NCBI GenBank assembly: GCA_026461395.1
Contig: JAPJNA010000079.1
Span: 13,129-77,128, forward strand
DNA length: 64,000 nucleotides
DNA from: Chthoniobacterales bacterium
GTDB taxonomy: Bacteria; Verrucomicrobiota; Verrucomicrobiia; Chthoniobacterales; UBA6821
Reading direction: 5' to 3'
Shown here: positions 1 through 10,017 of the stretch, in pieces
Layout of the letters: every line of letters begins with the position of its first letter
Numbering within the stretch: the stretch's first letter is position 1
Made by a program: the position numbers and the translations under genes
The notes under the pieces: generated by a model
Databases searched by the model: none
What the model was told of the DNA's origin: nothing
The model's input: only the letters and a program-made list of their open reading frames with translations

Positions 1-481
1 GAGGGGTGCCAGCACGGTTGAAATCAATGCCGCTGGCAGTCTCGAGATGGAAACTCTTCGCCACATCCTCCTCCAGATGGATGCGGGTGAGCCGGATCTT
101 CTTGCCCGGGGTCGCGATCGTCTTTTGTGCATCCTTTGGATAGGCCGTCTCGTGGAGCGGGACGTCGCCTCCGAGACAGAGGGGCTGGTCGTACTGGGAG
201 ATCTGGTAGTTCTTCGGCATGTCCGGGTAGTAGTAGTTCTTGCGGTCGAACTTGCAGACCTCGGGAATGTCACAGCCAAGCATCAGTCCTGCGCGGGCGG
301 TAAGTCGCAGCGCCTCGCCATTCATTACCGGAAGAGCACCCGGCAGGCCGAGACACGTAGGGCAGGTGTGCGTGTTTGGTTCAGCTCCGTACTCGACCTT
401 GCAACCGCAGAACATCTTGCTCTTGGTTTTCAACTGGGCATGGACTTCAAGTCCGATCGTTACGCTGTATTCCGTGCTCAT
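1..481 (-). CDS. gatB: Asp/Glu-tRNA amidotransferase subunit B, N-terminal part (3' end runs off the window)
   Basis: My own translation of the minus strand from the ATG at 481..479 gives MSTEYSVTIGLEVHAQLKTKSKMFCGCKVEYGAEPNTHTCPTCLGLPGALPVMN. This is the canonical GatB N-terminus with its Cys cluster. It is absent from the ORF track because there is no stop inside the window. The listed + ORF 47..523 is its antisense shadow. Confidence 0.9.
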   Translation of the reverse strand, partial: MSTEYSVTIGLEVHAQLKTKSKMFCGCKVEYGAEPNTHTCPTCLGLPGALPVMNGEALRLTARAGLMLGCDIPEVCKFDRKNYYYPDMPKNYQISQYDQPLCLGGDVPLHETAYPKDAQKTIATPGKKIRLTRIHLEEDVAKSFHLETASGIDFNRAGTP

Positions 482-497
482 AGGATGATGTTCTCTT

Positions 498-1475
498 TCA
501 GTTGGCTTTACTGGGAGTCGTGATGGATTGAGAGGACGTGTTTGTAGCGTTCGGTTTGGCGCGAGGCGAGTTCGGAGAATCGCCGGGATGGGCTTTTTTG
601 ATCGGTTGGATCGGCTGGCTGTGCCGGACGGGCACTGAGGGTTCGAGGGCGTAGTTAAGCGCCCCGGTCAGGTCGAATTCCTTCAGCTGAGCAAGCAACT
701 GGGGGTCATTGGCCGCCGCCTGGACATGCTTGTTCTGCAACAGGGGGAGGATGTTCTTTTTCTCGGCTGCTTTTTCCAGGGCAGGATCTTGGATCAGTGC
801 GGTAATATGAGGATTGGCGATGATCTTTAGTGTCCCTGGATACTGCACGAATCGCTCGATGGCCTGTTGCGAACCTGCTACCATAGAGATCTTCACGATA
901 TTGTCGTAGAATGCGGTCGGGAGAGGATCTGCCTTCTTGAGAGTCTGGCCAGTAACGCCGATTTCCAGTGATTCCTTCAGCTTGATCAGGAAGAGTGCCG
1001 TTTTTTCCGTGGCGAGTGAGCGCCCCTCATTCCGGGCCTGGACGACGCGGAGTTCCCCGAGAGCACCCATACCCCTGATCAGGGTGATTCCAGCCCAGAG
1101 AAAGAGGATGCCGAAGATCGCTCCGCAAACTGCTCCACCCAGACCAAAACCGAGCCGGATCACTCCCGAGTGATCCTCGGTCTTTTTAAAAAGAAGCCCT
1201 GCGACGATCGAGATGCCGATATAGATGCCGATTCCTACAGTCAGTCCAGCTACGCCGGGGGCAATCAGTGGCGGAACCTTCGAGAAAAATGCGACTGCCG
1301 TCCCCGTGGCTCCTGCAGCCGTCGAACCTCCAATCCAAGCACAAAAAAGCGCCGCCAATCTTAGGAGACCGCGTACGGCTCCGAGTCTCCAGCCCCGCCA
1401 TAGCTCCCATAATAGGAAAAGTGACGCGGAGATGAAAATATACTGCTGCCACTGGGCGGAACCTTCGAGAATCAT
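498..1475 (-). CDS. CvpA-family-like integral membrane protein with a long C-terminal extension
   Basis: 325-aa ORF. The N-terminal part has several hydrophobic helices and a WELWRGWRLGAVRGLLRL motif resembling the CvpA G(F/W)RRG region. The C-terminal half is soluble. Confidence 0.5.
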   Translation of the reverse strand: MILEGSAQWQQYIFISASLFLLWELWRGWRLGAVRGLLRLAALFCAWIGGSTAAGATGTAVAFFSKVPPLIAPGVAGLTVGIGIYIGISIVAGLLFKKTEDHSGVIRLGFGLGGAVCGAIFGILFLWAGITLIRGMGALGELRVVQARNEGRSLATEKTALFLIKLKESLEIGVTGQTLKKADPLPTAFYDNIVKISMVAGSQQAIERFVQYPGTLKIIANPHITALIQDPALEKAAEKKNILPLLQNKHVQAAANDPQLLAQLKEFDLTGALNYALEPSVPVRHSQPIQPIKKAHPGDSPNSPRAKPNATNTSSQSITTPSKAN

Positions 1476-1540
1476 TGGTCCTCAGAATGAAGGAGCGGCG
1501 TAGGAAATCAATCCCATGCCGCTAACCTGCGAGAAGTCCT

Positions 1541-4500
1541 TTAGCCGGCAGCTTCTTCTGCCACAACCTCCTGGGTCTCGTCGCGCAGGGTGCTGTTCGT
1601 GGCTGCGGCTGGCGGTAGTTGCTCATCCCGACCGGTGAACTTGACGCTGAGGAGCTTGCTGATGCCGCGCTCCTCCATGGTGACGCCGTAGAGGGAGTCG
1701 GCACGCGACATCGTGCGCTTGTTGTGGGTAATGACCATGAATTGACTCTGGCCGATGAAACGGTCGAGCAGCTTGATGAAGCGCCCGATATTCGACTCGT
1801 CGAGCGGGGCGTCCATTTCGTCGAGCACACAGAAGGGGGAGGGCTTCACCATGTAGATAGCGAAGAGCAGGGCCACCGCCGTCATGGTGCGCTCACCACC
1901 GGAGAGGAGCGAAATGCTCTGGAGCTTCTTGCCAGGAGGGCTGGCGATGATCTCGATGCCACTCTCGAGCGGATCGCTCTCATCCATGAGGAGGAGGTTG
2001 GCCTTACCGCCGCCGAAGAGCTGGGTGAACATCTCCAGGAAGTTCACGCGGATCTTCTCGAAAGTCTCCGAGAAGAGCTCCTTGGTCGTCTTGTTGATTC
2101 GGGCGATCGCCTCCATTAGCTCGGCCTTGCCGTTGATCAGATCGTTATTCTGCTGTTCAAGGAATTTGTAGCGTTCCTCAAGCTCGTCGTATTCCTGAAT
2201 GGCATCCAGGTTGACGGGCCCCATCGAGTCGGCGCGTTCCGTCAGCTCCGCAACAACCAGCTCGATCCGTTCCCACGGGATTTCCGCAGGGATGGGGCCG
2301 CTGATAGCCTGAACCGTCTCGACCGTGACCTCTTCGGGGTTTTCATTGGAAGAAACCTCCACTTCGACCATCGGATCGGTTGACTCGGGAAGGGCGGCGC
2401 GGCGCTCCTTTTCCTTCTGCTGAGCCACGGCCTTGAGTAGGGCGTAGCGGTCTGGCTCAAATCCAGCTAGATCGAGCTGGTAGCGGCGGGAGACGTGGTC
2501 GCGGATCGACTCGGCGCGGAGCTTCAGCTCGGCAAGGCGCACCTCGTTCTTGGAGCGGTTATCCTGCAGGTCGGAGAGATTTTTGCGGGCACCACGCAGG
2601 GCGATTTCCAACGCCTCAACGCCGGATTGCAGTTCGGCACGGCGGACGCCTAGCTCCAGCACACGGGCCTCGGCTTCGGCGCTTTCGATTTTCCAAGTCT
2701 CCACGCTCTCGGCTAGTCCCGTCGACTCGGCTTCCAGCGACTTGATCTTTTCATCGTGCGTCGTGATGTCGCGTTCACGGACCGAGATCGTCTCGGCCAG
2801 CTCGCGGATACGGGCCTCCATGGGGGCACGCTGGTTTGCGAGCGACTGCTGACGCTGACGCTCGGTGGCAACACGCAGGCGAGCCTCGGCGAGATCTGCG
2901 GCCGCGGTCGTCTCGGCGTCCCGCAGGAAGGAAATCTTGGAGCCGGCGGCTGAACGCTCTTCACGTGCTGTGTTTAGCTCCAGCGAGGCTGTCTCGAGCT
3001 GCTGTTCACGATCAGCAATCTGTGCTTCCAGGAGCTGGATGTGTTCCTGAAGGGAGGAGATTTCTCGGTCGAGGGACTCGTGGCGGTTACGGGCATTCTC
3101 CAGTTCGCGGGTTGCCAGAAGGTTATCGGCCTGCGCTGCAGCAAGAAGTCCCTGCGTGTTACCGAGAACTTCTCGGGCGTCGCGGAGACGGTTCACTGCG
3201 GCTTCCAGGGCAGCGAGAGCTCCTTCACGAACAAGGGAGAGATGAGAGATACTCTCCCGGAGCGAGTTCACCTCCCGCTCGAGTGAGGCAATCTGGGAGC
3301 GGCGAAGCAGTGCGGATCCGCTAACCTCACCCGTGGAACCACCATGGGCAACTCCGTCGCGCGCGACGAATTCACCGGTGTGCGCCGCAAAAGCAAGACC
3401 GGGATATTCCCGCTTGAGCCGGAAGGCCGTCGCTAGATCAGGCACGATGGCCACACCTTCGAGAAGACGGCTGATCAACCCGTGTGCCGAGCCGGTAGCG
3501 CGCACCACATCGACTGCCCAGCAAGTCGCACCCTCGGGAAGCACCCCGGCTGGGGAAGGACTGATCGGAAGAAGATCGCTTGCCACCACGGAAGCACGTC
3601 CTTGAGCAGCCTCGCGCAACGTTTGAAGAGCAGCCTCAGCCATGCCAGCATCGGCAAAAACAATCGCTCGGCTGGCAGCCCCAAGAGCGGCCTCGATCGC
3701 TGGGATTTCGGTTGTCGGAACTTCGATCAGCGAGGCAAGAGTTCCGAGAATGCCCGCCTGATAAAATTCAGGGCGGTCTAGGCCTCGCAGAATAGCCTGC
3801 GCTCCCTCGCCAAGCCCCTCACCCTCGCGCTCAAGCTGGAGTAGGATTTCCAGCCGATGTTCACGTTCGGAGAGTTGCTTTACCGCGTTGTTCCATTCGG
3901 TCTCGGCAATCTGGCGTGCATTCTGCGCCTCGTCATGCCCCTGCTGGGCGGCAAGAAGCTCCTGCTCCGCCGCGTCCAGGGAGGCTCGCGTGGATGTCTG
4001 GGCAGCTCCCGTCTGGTCCGCGCGTGTTGCGGCTGTCGTGACGGCAAGGCCGGCGACGGAAACTTGCTCCTGAAGTTGGAGGGAGCGTGATCTCTCGGCG
4101 TCGCGGCGGGCGCTGGCGGTGGAGAGCTCACCCCGAACATCGGTTAGACGGTTTTCCAGTCCATGGAGGCGTCCGGTGAGGGACTCGGTGGCCTGCTCGG
4201 CTGACTGACGCTCTTGCTGCGCCTGCTGGAGACGGGCGGCGCCCGCTTGGAGTAGCTCTTCCTCGCCGCGGAGAACTTCCAGCAATGATGTCAGCTGGGC
4301 ATCCGTCTGCTCGATCTCGTTTTCCTGCTCGCGGATGCGTAGATGCGTGGCATCGATATCGGCGCTGGCGCGGATCCCCATCTCACGGAATTCACCGCAG
4401 CGTTCTGCGTTCGTCTCGATGCGGCTCTCGCCTGAGAAGATCCGGTTTCGCAGTGTCTGCAGGCTGTCGCGCGCAACTCCGGTCTCCATATCGAGTGCGG

Positions 4501-5329
4501 TGACCTGCTCACGCGCCCCGGCAACCTCGATCTCCTGCTCGCCGATCTCGTGCTCATAGAGAGCGCGGGCATCGGCACTCTTCTCCACCTGCTCCGCAAC
4601 CTCGGCGGTCGAGCGCTCTAGGTCCAGGTAAGTGCGGTGCGAAAGGTGGGTGTCGAGAACTCGCAGGTCCTCCATGAGGGACTGATAACGGCGGGCCTTC
4701 CCGGCCTGACGCTGGAGGGAGCCGATCTGGCGCTTCACTTCTTTGATGATGTCGGATACGCGGAGTAGGTTTGACTCGGTGTATTCAAGCTTGCGCAGCG
4801 CCTCCCTCTTCTGGGCCTTGTACTTCGTGATGCCGGCAGCTTCTTCGAAAATGGCGCGACGGTCTTCAGGCCGGCTATTGAGCAGCTGGGCCGTACGACC
4901 CTGCTCCATGATGGAGTAGGCGCTTCGGCCGATGCCGGTGTCCATGAAGAGATTGTGGATGTCCTTGAGCCGGCAAGGCGTGCCGTTGATCAGATACTCC
5001 GACTTGCCATCGCGAAAGACACGGCGAGTGATGCGGACTTCATTCCACTCGACTCCCAGCTCCTGCTCGCACTCCGCAAAGGTCATGGAGACCTCAGCCA
5101 TGTTGTGAGGCTGGCGTGTGTCGGTGCCGTTGAAAATGACGTCGGCCATCTCACCGCCACGGAGCGCCTTGGCAGACTGCTCGCCGAGCACCCACCGTAT
5201 TGCATCCAGGACATTCGATTTGCCGCAGCCGTTCGGGCCTACAATGGCAGTCACCCCGCGATGAAAACGCAGCGTTGTCTTGGGGGCAAAGGACTTGAAT
5301 CCGATCAGTTCGAGTGATTGAAGATACAT
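1541..5329 (-). CDS. smc: Chromosome segregation protein SMC
   Basis: The N-terminus MYLQSLELIGFKSFA...GPNGCGKSN carries Walker A. A long coiled coil follows. The C-terminus has LSGGERTMTAVALLFAIY (signature) and CVLDEMDAPLDE (Walker B). The track ORF extends to 5374, but the MYLQ start at 5329 fits SMC N-termini better. Confidence 0.95.
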   Translation of the reverse strand: MYLQSLELIGFKSFAPKTTLRFHRGVTAIVGPNGCGKSNVLDAIRWVLGEQSAKALRGGEMADVIFNGTDTRQPHNMAEVSMTFAECEQELGVEWNEVRITRRVFRDGKSEYLINGTPCRLKDIHNLFMDTGIGRSAYSIMEQGRTAQLLNSRPEDRRAIFEEAAGITKYKAQKREALRKLEYTESNLLRVSDIIKEVKRQIGSLQRQAGKARRYQSLMEDLRVLDTHLSHRTYLDLERSTAEVAEQVEKSADARALYEHEIGEQEIEVAGAREQVTALDMETGVARDSLQTLRNRIFSGESRIETNAERCGEFREMGIRASADIDATHLRIREQENEIEQTDAQLTSLLEVLRGEEELLQAGAARLQQAQQERQSAEQATESLTGRLHGLENRLTDVRGELSTASARRDAERSRSLQLQEQVSVAGLAVTTAATRADQTGAAQTSTRASLDAAEQELLAAQQGHDEAQNARQIAETEWNNAVKQLSEREHRLEILLQLEREGEGLGEGAQAILRGLDRPEFYQAGILGTLASLIEVPTTEIPAIEAALGAASRAIVFADAGMAEAALQTLREAAQGRASVVASDLLPISPSPAGVLPEGATCWAVDVVRATGSAHGLISRLLEGVAIVPDLATAFRLKREYPGLAFAAHTGEFVARDGVAHGGSTGEVSGSALLRRSQIASLEREVNSLRESISHLSLVREGALAALEAAVNRLRDAREVLGNTQGLLAAAQADNLLATRELENARNRHESLDREISSLQEHIQLLEAQIADREQQLETASLELNTAREERSAAGSKISFLRDAETTAAADLAEARLRVATERQRQQSLANQRAPMEARIRELAETISVRERDITTHDEKIKSLEAESTGLAESVETWKIESAEAEARVLELGVRRAELQSGVEALEIALRGARKNLSDLQDNRSKNEVRLAELKLRAESIRDHVSRRYQLDLAGFEPDRYALLKAVAQQKEKERRAALPESTDPMVEVEVSSNENPEEVTVETVQAISGPIPAEIPWERIELVVAELTERADSMGPVNLDAIQEYDELEERYKFLEQQNNDLINGKAELMEAIARINKTTKELFSETFEKIRVNFLEMFTQLFGGGKANLLLMDESDPLESGIEIIASPPGKKLQSISLLSGGERTMTAVALLFAIYMVKPSPFCVLDEMDAPLDESNIGRFIKLLDRFIGQSQFMVITHNKRTMSRADSLYGVTMEERGISKLLSVKFTGRDEQLPPAAATNSTLRDETQEVVAEEAAG

Positions 5330-5650
5330 GAGAAAAAGAGGTGGGGGATGCTCAACACTAGCCTTAATGGGCACCGAGTCACAACAAAAAACACAACAGC
5401 TTGGGGCTAGTGTAAACAGAAACCACTATATGTTGTGGTTTCTGGACATCTTGCGGGCGGCACCCTTAAGGAAGTTGGACATCCCACAACAATTGCTTGC
5501 TTGGATAGGCTGGTCGGATTCCTTAAAAGAGATTTCATGTCGCTTTTTGATTTCAGTCCTGACCTTACCAACCGCTGTTATTCCTTCATTGCCCTCGATA
5601 GTACCAATAATGCCATACCGAGAGAAGTAGACTAAAAGTAATCGTATTCC

Positions 5651-5842
5651 ATGCACCGGCACTTCCTAAAACCCAGAGCGCTAATTGCTATCGGCTTGCT
5701 TCTTCTCGGGGCCACCGCCGCAGAGGTCAGGTTTCTCCGATCCAAAGGCCACCATGCCACGGTAAACAGCCGGGCCTCAGAGCAGTTCGGAGAAGCGTTG
5801 GAGCGTGCGGGTATTCAGACTCAGGCTTCCCCCTCCAAGTAG
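5651..5842 (+). CDS. Hypothetical small secreted protein (63 aa)
   Basis: Track ORF with a plausible signal peptide, MHRHFLKPRALIAIGLLLLGATAAEV. It lies in an otherwise gene-free, lower-GC stretch. There is no other support. Confidence 0.2.
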   Translation: MHRHFLKPRALIAIGLLLLGATAAEVRFLRSKGHHATVNSRASEQFGEALERAGIQTQASPSK

Positions 5843-5900
5843 GGAGGCATGTCGCGGGTTGACCCCGCTTTGGGTCTGTGGTAACAATTCTCTAGTTTAT

Positions 5901-5974
5901 GCGGGTATAGCTTAGTGGTAAAGTTCCTGCCTTCCAAGCAGGCCATGAGGGTTCGATTCCCTCTACCCGCTCCA
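5901..5974 (+). tRNA. tRNA-Gly (anticodon UCC), CCA encoded
   Basis: Hand-folded cloverleaf. Acceptor is gcgggta/tacccgc. The anticodon arm is cctgc-cttccaa-gcagg, giving TCC. The T arm is gaggg-ttcgatt-ccctc. Discriminator t plus cca ends at 5974. Confidence 0.9.
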
Positions 5975-6185
5975 CTCCACCTTTTGTTTTAGAAGGGTTG
6001 ATCGTTTTCTAAATACGATGGGTTCGATTGACTCGGTCGTTCCCACGACCCTCGCCCTAACGGGTTGACCTTCGGTCAATCTACACCGTGCCTCCCGGCA
6101 CTCGGTGTTCCCTCTACCCGCTCCACTCCACCTTTCGTTTTAGGAGGGTTGATCGTTTTCTAAACACGATCGGTTCGATTGATTG
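5959..6185 (+). repeat. About 1.5 copies of a 151-bp tandem unit that duplicates the last 16 nt of tRNA-Gly plus about 60 nt of its downstream flank
   Basis: 5959..6034 and 6110..6185 align at a fixed offset of 151 with about 4 mismatches: ccctctacccgctccactccaccttt[t/c]gttttag[a/g]agggttgatcgttttctaaa[t/c]acgat[g/c]ggttcgattga. Confidence 0.8.
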
Positions 6186-6234
6186 ACGGCTCTTTCCTAA
6201 CAGCCTTCAGACCAAACCTCTTCAGCCTTACTTT

Positions 6235-8310
6235 CTACTGTGCCAAGGCAGGCTTCGCCTTGCGGCGGCGCTGGGAGTCGGCGACGAACTCTTCCTGGGC
6301 GTTGAATCTCTCTCCCTCCACGGAACGCAGGTGGTACAGACCCTCCGTGTCCATGACGCGGACCTTCACGTTGTCCTTCCAGAAAGTGTTGATGATCTCC
6401 TCAATGTGCTCCTGGACGCGGGGGTTGCGAATCGGGAAGCCCGTCTCCACGCGACGGAAGAGATTGCGCGGCATCCAGTCAGCGCTTCCGAGATAGATCT
6501 CAGGCACGCCGCCGTTCTCAAAGCGAATGATACGGCTGTGCTCCAGGAAACGACCGACCAGACTCCGCACCTCGATGTTCTCGCTGACCCCGGGGATGCC
6601 GGGACGCAGGCAGCAGATGCCACGGATGAAGAGTTGCACCTTGATACCTGCCTGTGAGGCACGGTAAAGCGCCTCGATCATGCTCTCCTCCACCAGGGCG
6701 TTCATCTTCACGAAGATACCAGTCGGACGACCGGCCTTGGCATGTTCGATCTCACGGTCGATCAACTCCAGCATGCCCTCACGCAGATCATAAGGTGCCA
6801 TCAGCAGCTCCTTCATTCCGGGGAACTTGGAGACGCCAGTCAGGATATTGAACATCGCGGCAACATCCGAGGTGAGATCCTCGCGGGCAGTAAGTAAACC
6901 GAGATCGGTGTAAAGACGCGCCGTGGAGGGATGGTAGTTGCCGGTTCCGAGGTGCGCGTACCGCCGGATGATCTCGCCCTCCTGGCGGACGACAAGCATG
7001 GCCTTGGCGTGGGTCTTGAGTCCCGCGATGCCGTAGATGACATTGACGCCGGCCTCGCGCATGAGGCGTGCCCATTTGATATTGGCAGCCTCGTCGAAGC
7101 GGGCCTTCAATTCGATAATGACCGTCACCTGCTTGCCGTTCTCCGCCGCATGGATGAGCGAGGCCACAAGGGGAGAATCAGAACTGGTACGGTAGAGTGT
7201 CTGCTTGATCGCCAGAACATGTGGGTCCTCAGCGGCCTGCCCAAGAAAATCGAGAACCGTCTGGAAGCTGTCGTAGGGATGCTGCATCAGGATATCGCCC
7301 TTGCGGATATGCCAGAAGATGTCGGCCTCTTCGTTAAGTGAAACGACGGTCGCGGGAGTGAAGCGCTTGTCGCGGAGATCGGGCCGGTCGATCGAGAGGG
7401 CCAGCGGCATGAGGCGCGTCAGATTGATCGGACCCTCGTGCCGGTAGAGATCGCCGTGACCGAGATTGAAGATCTCTAGCAGGCGGTTAGCCACTGCATC
7501 CGGGCAGTCATCCTGCACCTCGAGGCGCACGGCGGCACCTCGATTCACATGGCGCAGCTCCTCCTCGATTGCGTGCAGGAGATTCTCGGCCTCCTCCTCA
7601 TCGATGTAGAGATTGCTGTTGCGGGTGACCCGGAAGAGATGGGCTCCGAGCACCTTGACTCCGTGGAAAAGAGTTCCCACGTAATGATTGATGATGCTGC
7701 CAAGGAAGACAAAGTCGTGGCCCTGCTCCTCCGTCTGCTGGGAGAATGGAACCACACGCGGCAGGATCCGCGGAACCTGAACAACCGCCAGGTCGGTGTT
7801 GATCCCCTCGCCCTCGAGGTGAACGATGATATTGAGACTCTTGTTGAGAAGCTGGGGAAAGGGGTGTGACGGATCAATCGCCAGCGGCGTGAGCACCGGG
7901 AAGATCCTCTCATGGAAGAACTTCTCGAAATGCGCATGCTCGGACTCAGGAACATCCGGGAAATTGTGGAATTTGATGTTCTCGGCCGCGAGACCGGGCT
8001 CGATCTCCTCATTCCAGCAGCGGTACTGGTCGTCCACCTGTTTGCGGGCGCGCTTCGAGATCGCGGCAAGCTCAGATTTTGGCGACATGCCATCCGGCGC
8101 CAGCGCGACGGTGTTCGTCTGCACCTGCTGCTTGAGACCGGCCACGCGCACCTCGAAGAACTCGTCGAGGTTTGAACTGACGATGCAAAGGAACTTCAAG
8201 CGCTCTAGCAGCGGATTCTCTTTGTCGAGTGCTTGGTCAAGAACACGCTGGTTGAACTCTAGCCAGCTAAGACCGCGATTGATGAAGTGAGAGTGAAGCA
8301 CCTTTTCCAT
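6235..8310 (-). CDS. ppk1: Polyphosphate kinase 1
   Basis: 691 aa. N-terminus is FINRGLSWLEFNQRVLDQA. The C-terminal VGRFLEHSRI motif is typical of PPK1. Confidence 0.93.
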   Translation of the reverse strand: MEKVLHSHFINRGLSWLEFNQRVLDQALDKENPLLERLKFLCIVSSNLDEFFEVRVAGLKQQVQTNTVALAPDGMSPKSELAAISKRARKQVDDQYRCWNEEIEPGLAAENIKFHNFPDVPESEHAHFEKFFHERIFPVLTPLAIDPSHPFPQLLNKSLNIIVHLEGEGINTDLAVVQVPRILPRVVPFSQQTEEQGHDFVFLGSIINHYVGTLFHGVKVLGAHLFRVTRNSNLYIDEEEAENLLHAIEEELRHVNRGAAVRLEVQDDCPDAVANRLLEIFNLGHGDLYRHEGPINLTRLMPLALSIDRPDLRDKRFTPATVVSLNEEADIFWHIRKGDILMQHPYDSFQTVLDFLGQAAEDPHVLAIKQTLYRTSSDSPLVASLIHAAENGKQVTVIIELKARFDEAANIKWARLMREAGVNVIYGIAGLKTHAKAMLVVRQEGEIIRRYAHLGTGNYHPSTARLYTDLGLLTAREDLTSDVAAMFNILTGVSKFPGMKELLMAPYDLREGMLELIDREIEHAKAGRPTGIFVKMNALVEESMIEALYRASQAGIKVQLFIRGICCLRPGIPGVSENIEVRSLVGRFLEHSRIIRFENGGVPEIYLGSADWMPRNLFRRVETGFPIRNPRVQEHIEEIINTFWKDNVKVRVMDTEGLYHLRSVEGERFNAQEEFVADSQRRRKAKPALAQ

Positions 8311-8499
8311 GAAGTCTCTATCGTGCGATGTCTGATGATGGGGTCAAGGGGGGATTTGTGACAATGCGGCAACATTCGTCTCCTGCATGGATTAAAAGAG
8401 TTCTAAGCGTGAGGGGTTAGGAAGTATGATTTTGCCCGGTTAGCCAAGTGCAGTAGATTGTTGACTCTTCAACCCTCCAACGCGCCAACCCTTTAACCC

Positions 8500-8991
8500 A
8501 TGGATCCTCATGATCTCAATTTCTGGCAGAACTGGCAGCCGACGATGAGGGCCTCCCTCTGTTTCGTGAGACGCGATGGCCAGATCCTGATGATCCGTAA
8601 AAAACGCGGTCTTGGTGCGGGGAAGATCAACGGACCGGGCGGTCGCCTGGAACCCGGCGAGAACGCGCTAGCAGCCGCGATCCGCGAGACTCAAGAGGAG
8701 CTCTGTATCACGCCCCTGAATCTCTCCGAGCGTGGAGAGCTCCACTTCCAGTTTGTCGACGGCCTGGCCCTTCATTGCGTCGTCTTCACGGCCGAAGATT
8801 GCCACGGCGAGCCCGTCGAGACGGATGAGGCAATCCCGCATTGGATGGCAACCTCAGCGATTCCTTATCACGACATGTGGGCTGACGACATTCATTGGAT
8901 GCCCGGAATGCTGGAAGGCAAGAAATTCAAAGGATACTTCCACTTTGACCAAGATGTGATGCTAACCCATCACATCTATTGGTATTCCTAA
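8500..8991 (+). CDS. NUDIX hydrolase (MutT-like)
   Basis: 163 aa with a clear Nudix box, GPGGRLEPGENALAAAIRETQEELCI. It is divergent from ppk1. Confidence 0.85.
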   Translation: MDPHDLNFWQNWQPTMRASLCFVRRDGQILMIRKKRGLGAGKINGPGGRLEPGENALAAAIRETQEELCITPLNLSERGELHFQFVDGLALHCVVFTAEDCHGEPVETDEAIPHWMATSAIPYHDMWADDIHWMPGMLEGKKFKGYFHFDQDVMLTHHIYWYS

Positions 8992-9010
8992 TTCGGCCTG
9001 AGCTTTGGAC

Positions 9011-9709
9011 CTAATGATCCCCTGACTTGATCGCCGTGTAGATTGAGACTGTGCCGAGCGTTAGAGGGTAAGCTTTCACGCCTCGGAAGCCGCAGGATTC
9101 GATGAGTGCAGTCATCTTGCTGCCGGAGGGGAATTGTTCGATTGAGACGCCGAGGTACTCGTAGGCATCTTTGCGGCCTGTCACGAGGCCAGCCATGTGG
9201 GGGAGGATATGGTGAAGGTAGAAGCGGTAGAGGGGACGGATCACTGGAAGAGTGGGAAGTGAGAAATCCAGGATCAGGAGATGGCCGCCCGGTTTGAGGA
9301 TACGGGCCATTTCCGAGAGGCCCTTCTCCCAAGAGGCCATATTGCGGAGTCCAAAGGCAGCGGTGACGACATCGAAGTTTTGATCGGCAAAAGGGAGGTT
9401 CATCCCATCGGCCACAACGAGTTCTGGCAGGCCATTTTTTTTGGCGACTTCCAGCATTGGGAGGCAGAAATCAGCGCCGATGACGCGGGCATTCGGACAG
9501 GCTTTCCTGATAGCCATCGCTAGATCGCCGGTTCCGGTGGCCACATCCAGTACGGATGAGGGATTCCAGGAGCGGATGAGACGTACTGCGATTGCGCGCC
9601 AGTAGAAGTCAAGCCCTCCACTCAGTAAGTGGTTCACCACCTGATAGCGCCCTGCGATATCGGAGAAGAGTCCCCGGACCATTTCAGGATTCTCTTTGTA
9701 GATCTCCAT
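9011..9709 (-). CDS. ubiE: Demethylmenaquinone/ubiquinone C-methyltransferase
   Basis: 232 aa. It has [17 protein letters not shown] and the SAM motif [12 protein letters not shown], the UbiE/MenG pattern. Confidence 0.85.
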   Translation of the reverse strand: MEIYKENPEMVRGLFSDIAGRYQVVNHLLSGGLDFYWRAIAVRLIRSWNPSSVLDVATGTGDLAMAIRKACPNARVIGADFCLPMLEVAKKNGLPELVVADGMNLPFADQNFDVVTAAFGLRNMASWEKGLSEMARILKPGGHLLILDFSLPTLPVIRPLYRFYLHHILPHMAGLVTGRKDAYEYLGVSIEQFPSGSKMTALIESCGFRGVKAYPLTLGTVSIYTAIKSGDH

Positions 9710-9768
9710 GAGTGATCGGCGTTGGTGACTCTAGCGAGGTCCTGGAATGACTTGATGAAAGAAAAAAG

Positions 9769-9850
9769 TGCTCACGAGAGGAATCGAACCTCCATGGGTT
9801 ACCCCATACGCTTCTGAGACGTACGCGTCTGCCAGTTTCGCCACGTGAGC
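9769..9850 (-). tRNA. tRNA-Leu (anticodon CAG), type II with long variable arm, CCA not encoded
   Basis: The reverse complement folds as acceptor gctcacg/cgtgagc, anticodon arm tacgt-ctcagaa-gcgta (CAG), variable arm tggggtaacccatg, and T arm ggagg-ttcgatt-cctct. Track ORF 9731..9928 overlaps it and is spurious. Confidence 0.88.
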
Positions 9851-10017
9851 AAGAGAGAAGAGGTTATCCTCCATCTCGGGAAAGTAAACCCTCAAGGTGG
9901 GAGTCAGTATCGAGTCAGCACTTGGCAATCAGCGGTTAACTAAAAGACGAAAAAGAGACGAATTTCGGCTGGCGTGCTCGTCCATCCCGTGCAAAGTAGA
10001 TTTTCACCACTAACCTC

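Noticed and set aside
47-523. 158-aa + strand ORF at the left edge
   Set aside because: It is antisense to a clearly recognisable gatB N-terminus on the minus strand (start at 481). Its Arg/Leu/Val-rich composition is typical of a high-GC shadow frame.
5901-6185. Genomic island integrated at tRNA-Gly
   Set aside because: Only about 75 nt of unique sequence separates the duplicated tRNA 3' ends. There is no integrase or cargo. The duplication also covers non-tRNA flank, which fits a tandem duplication better.
9731-9928. 65-aa minus-strand ORF
   Set aside because: It overlaps tRNA-Leu(CAG) at 9769..9850.
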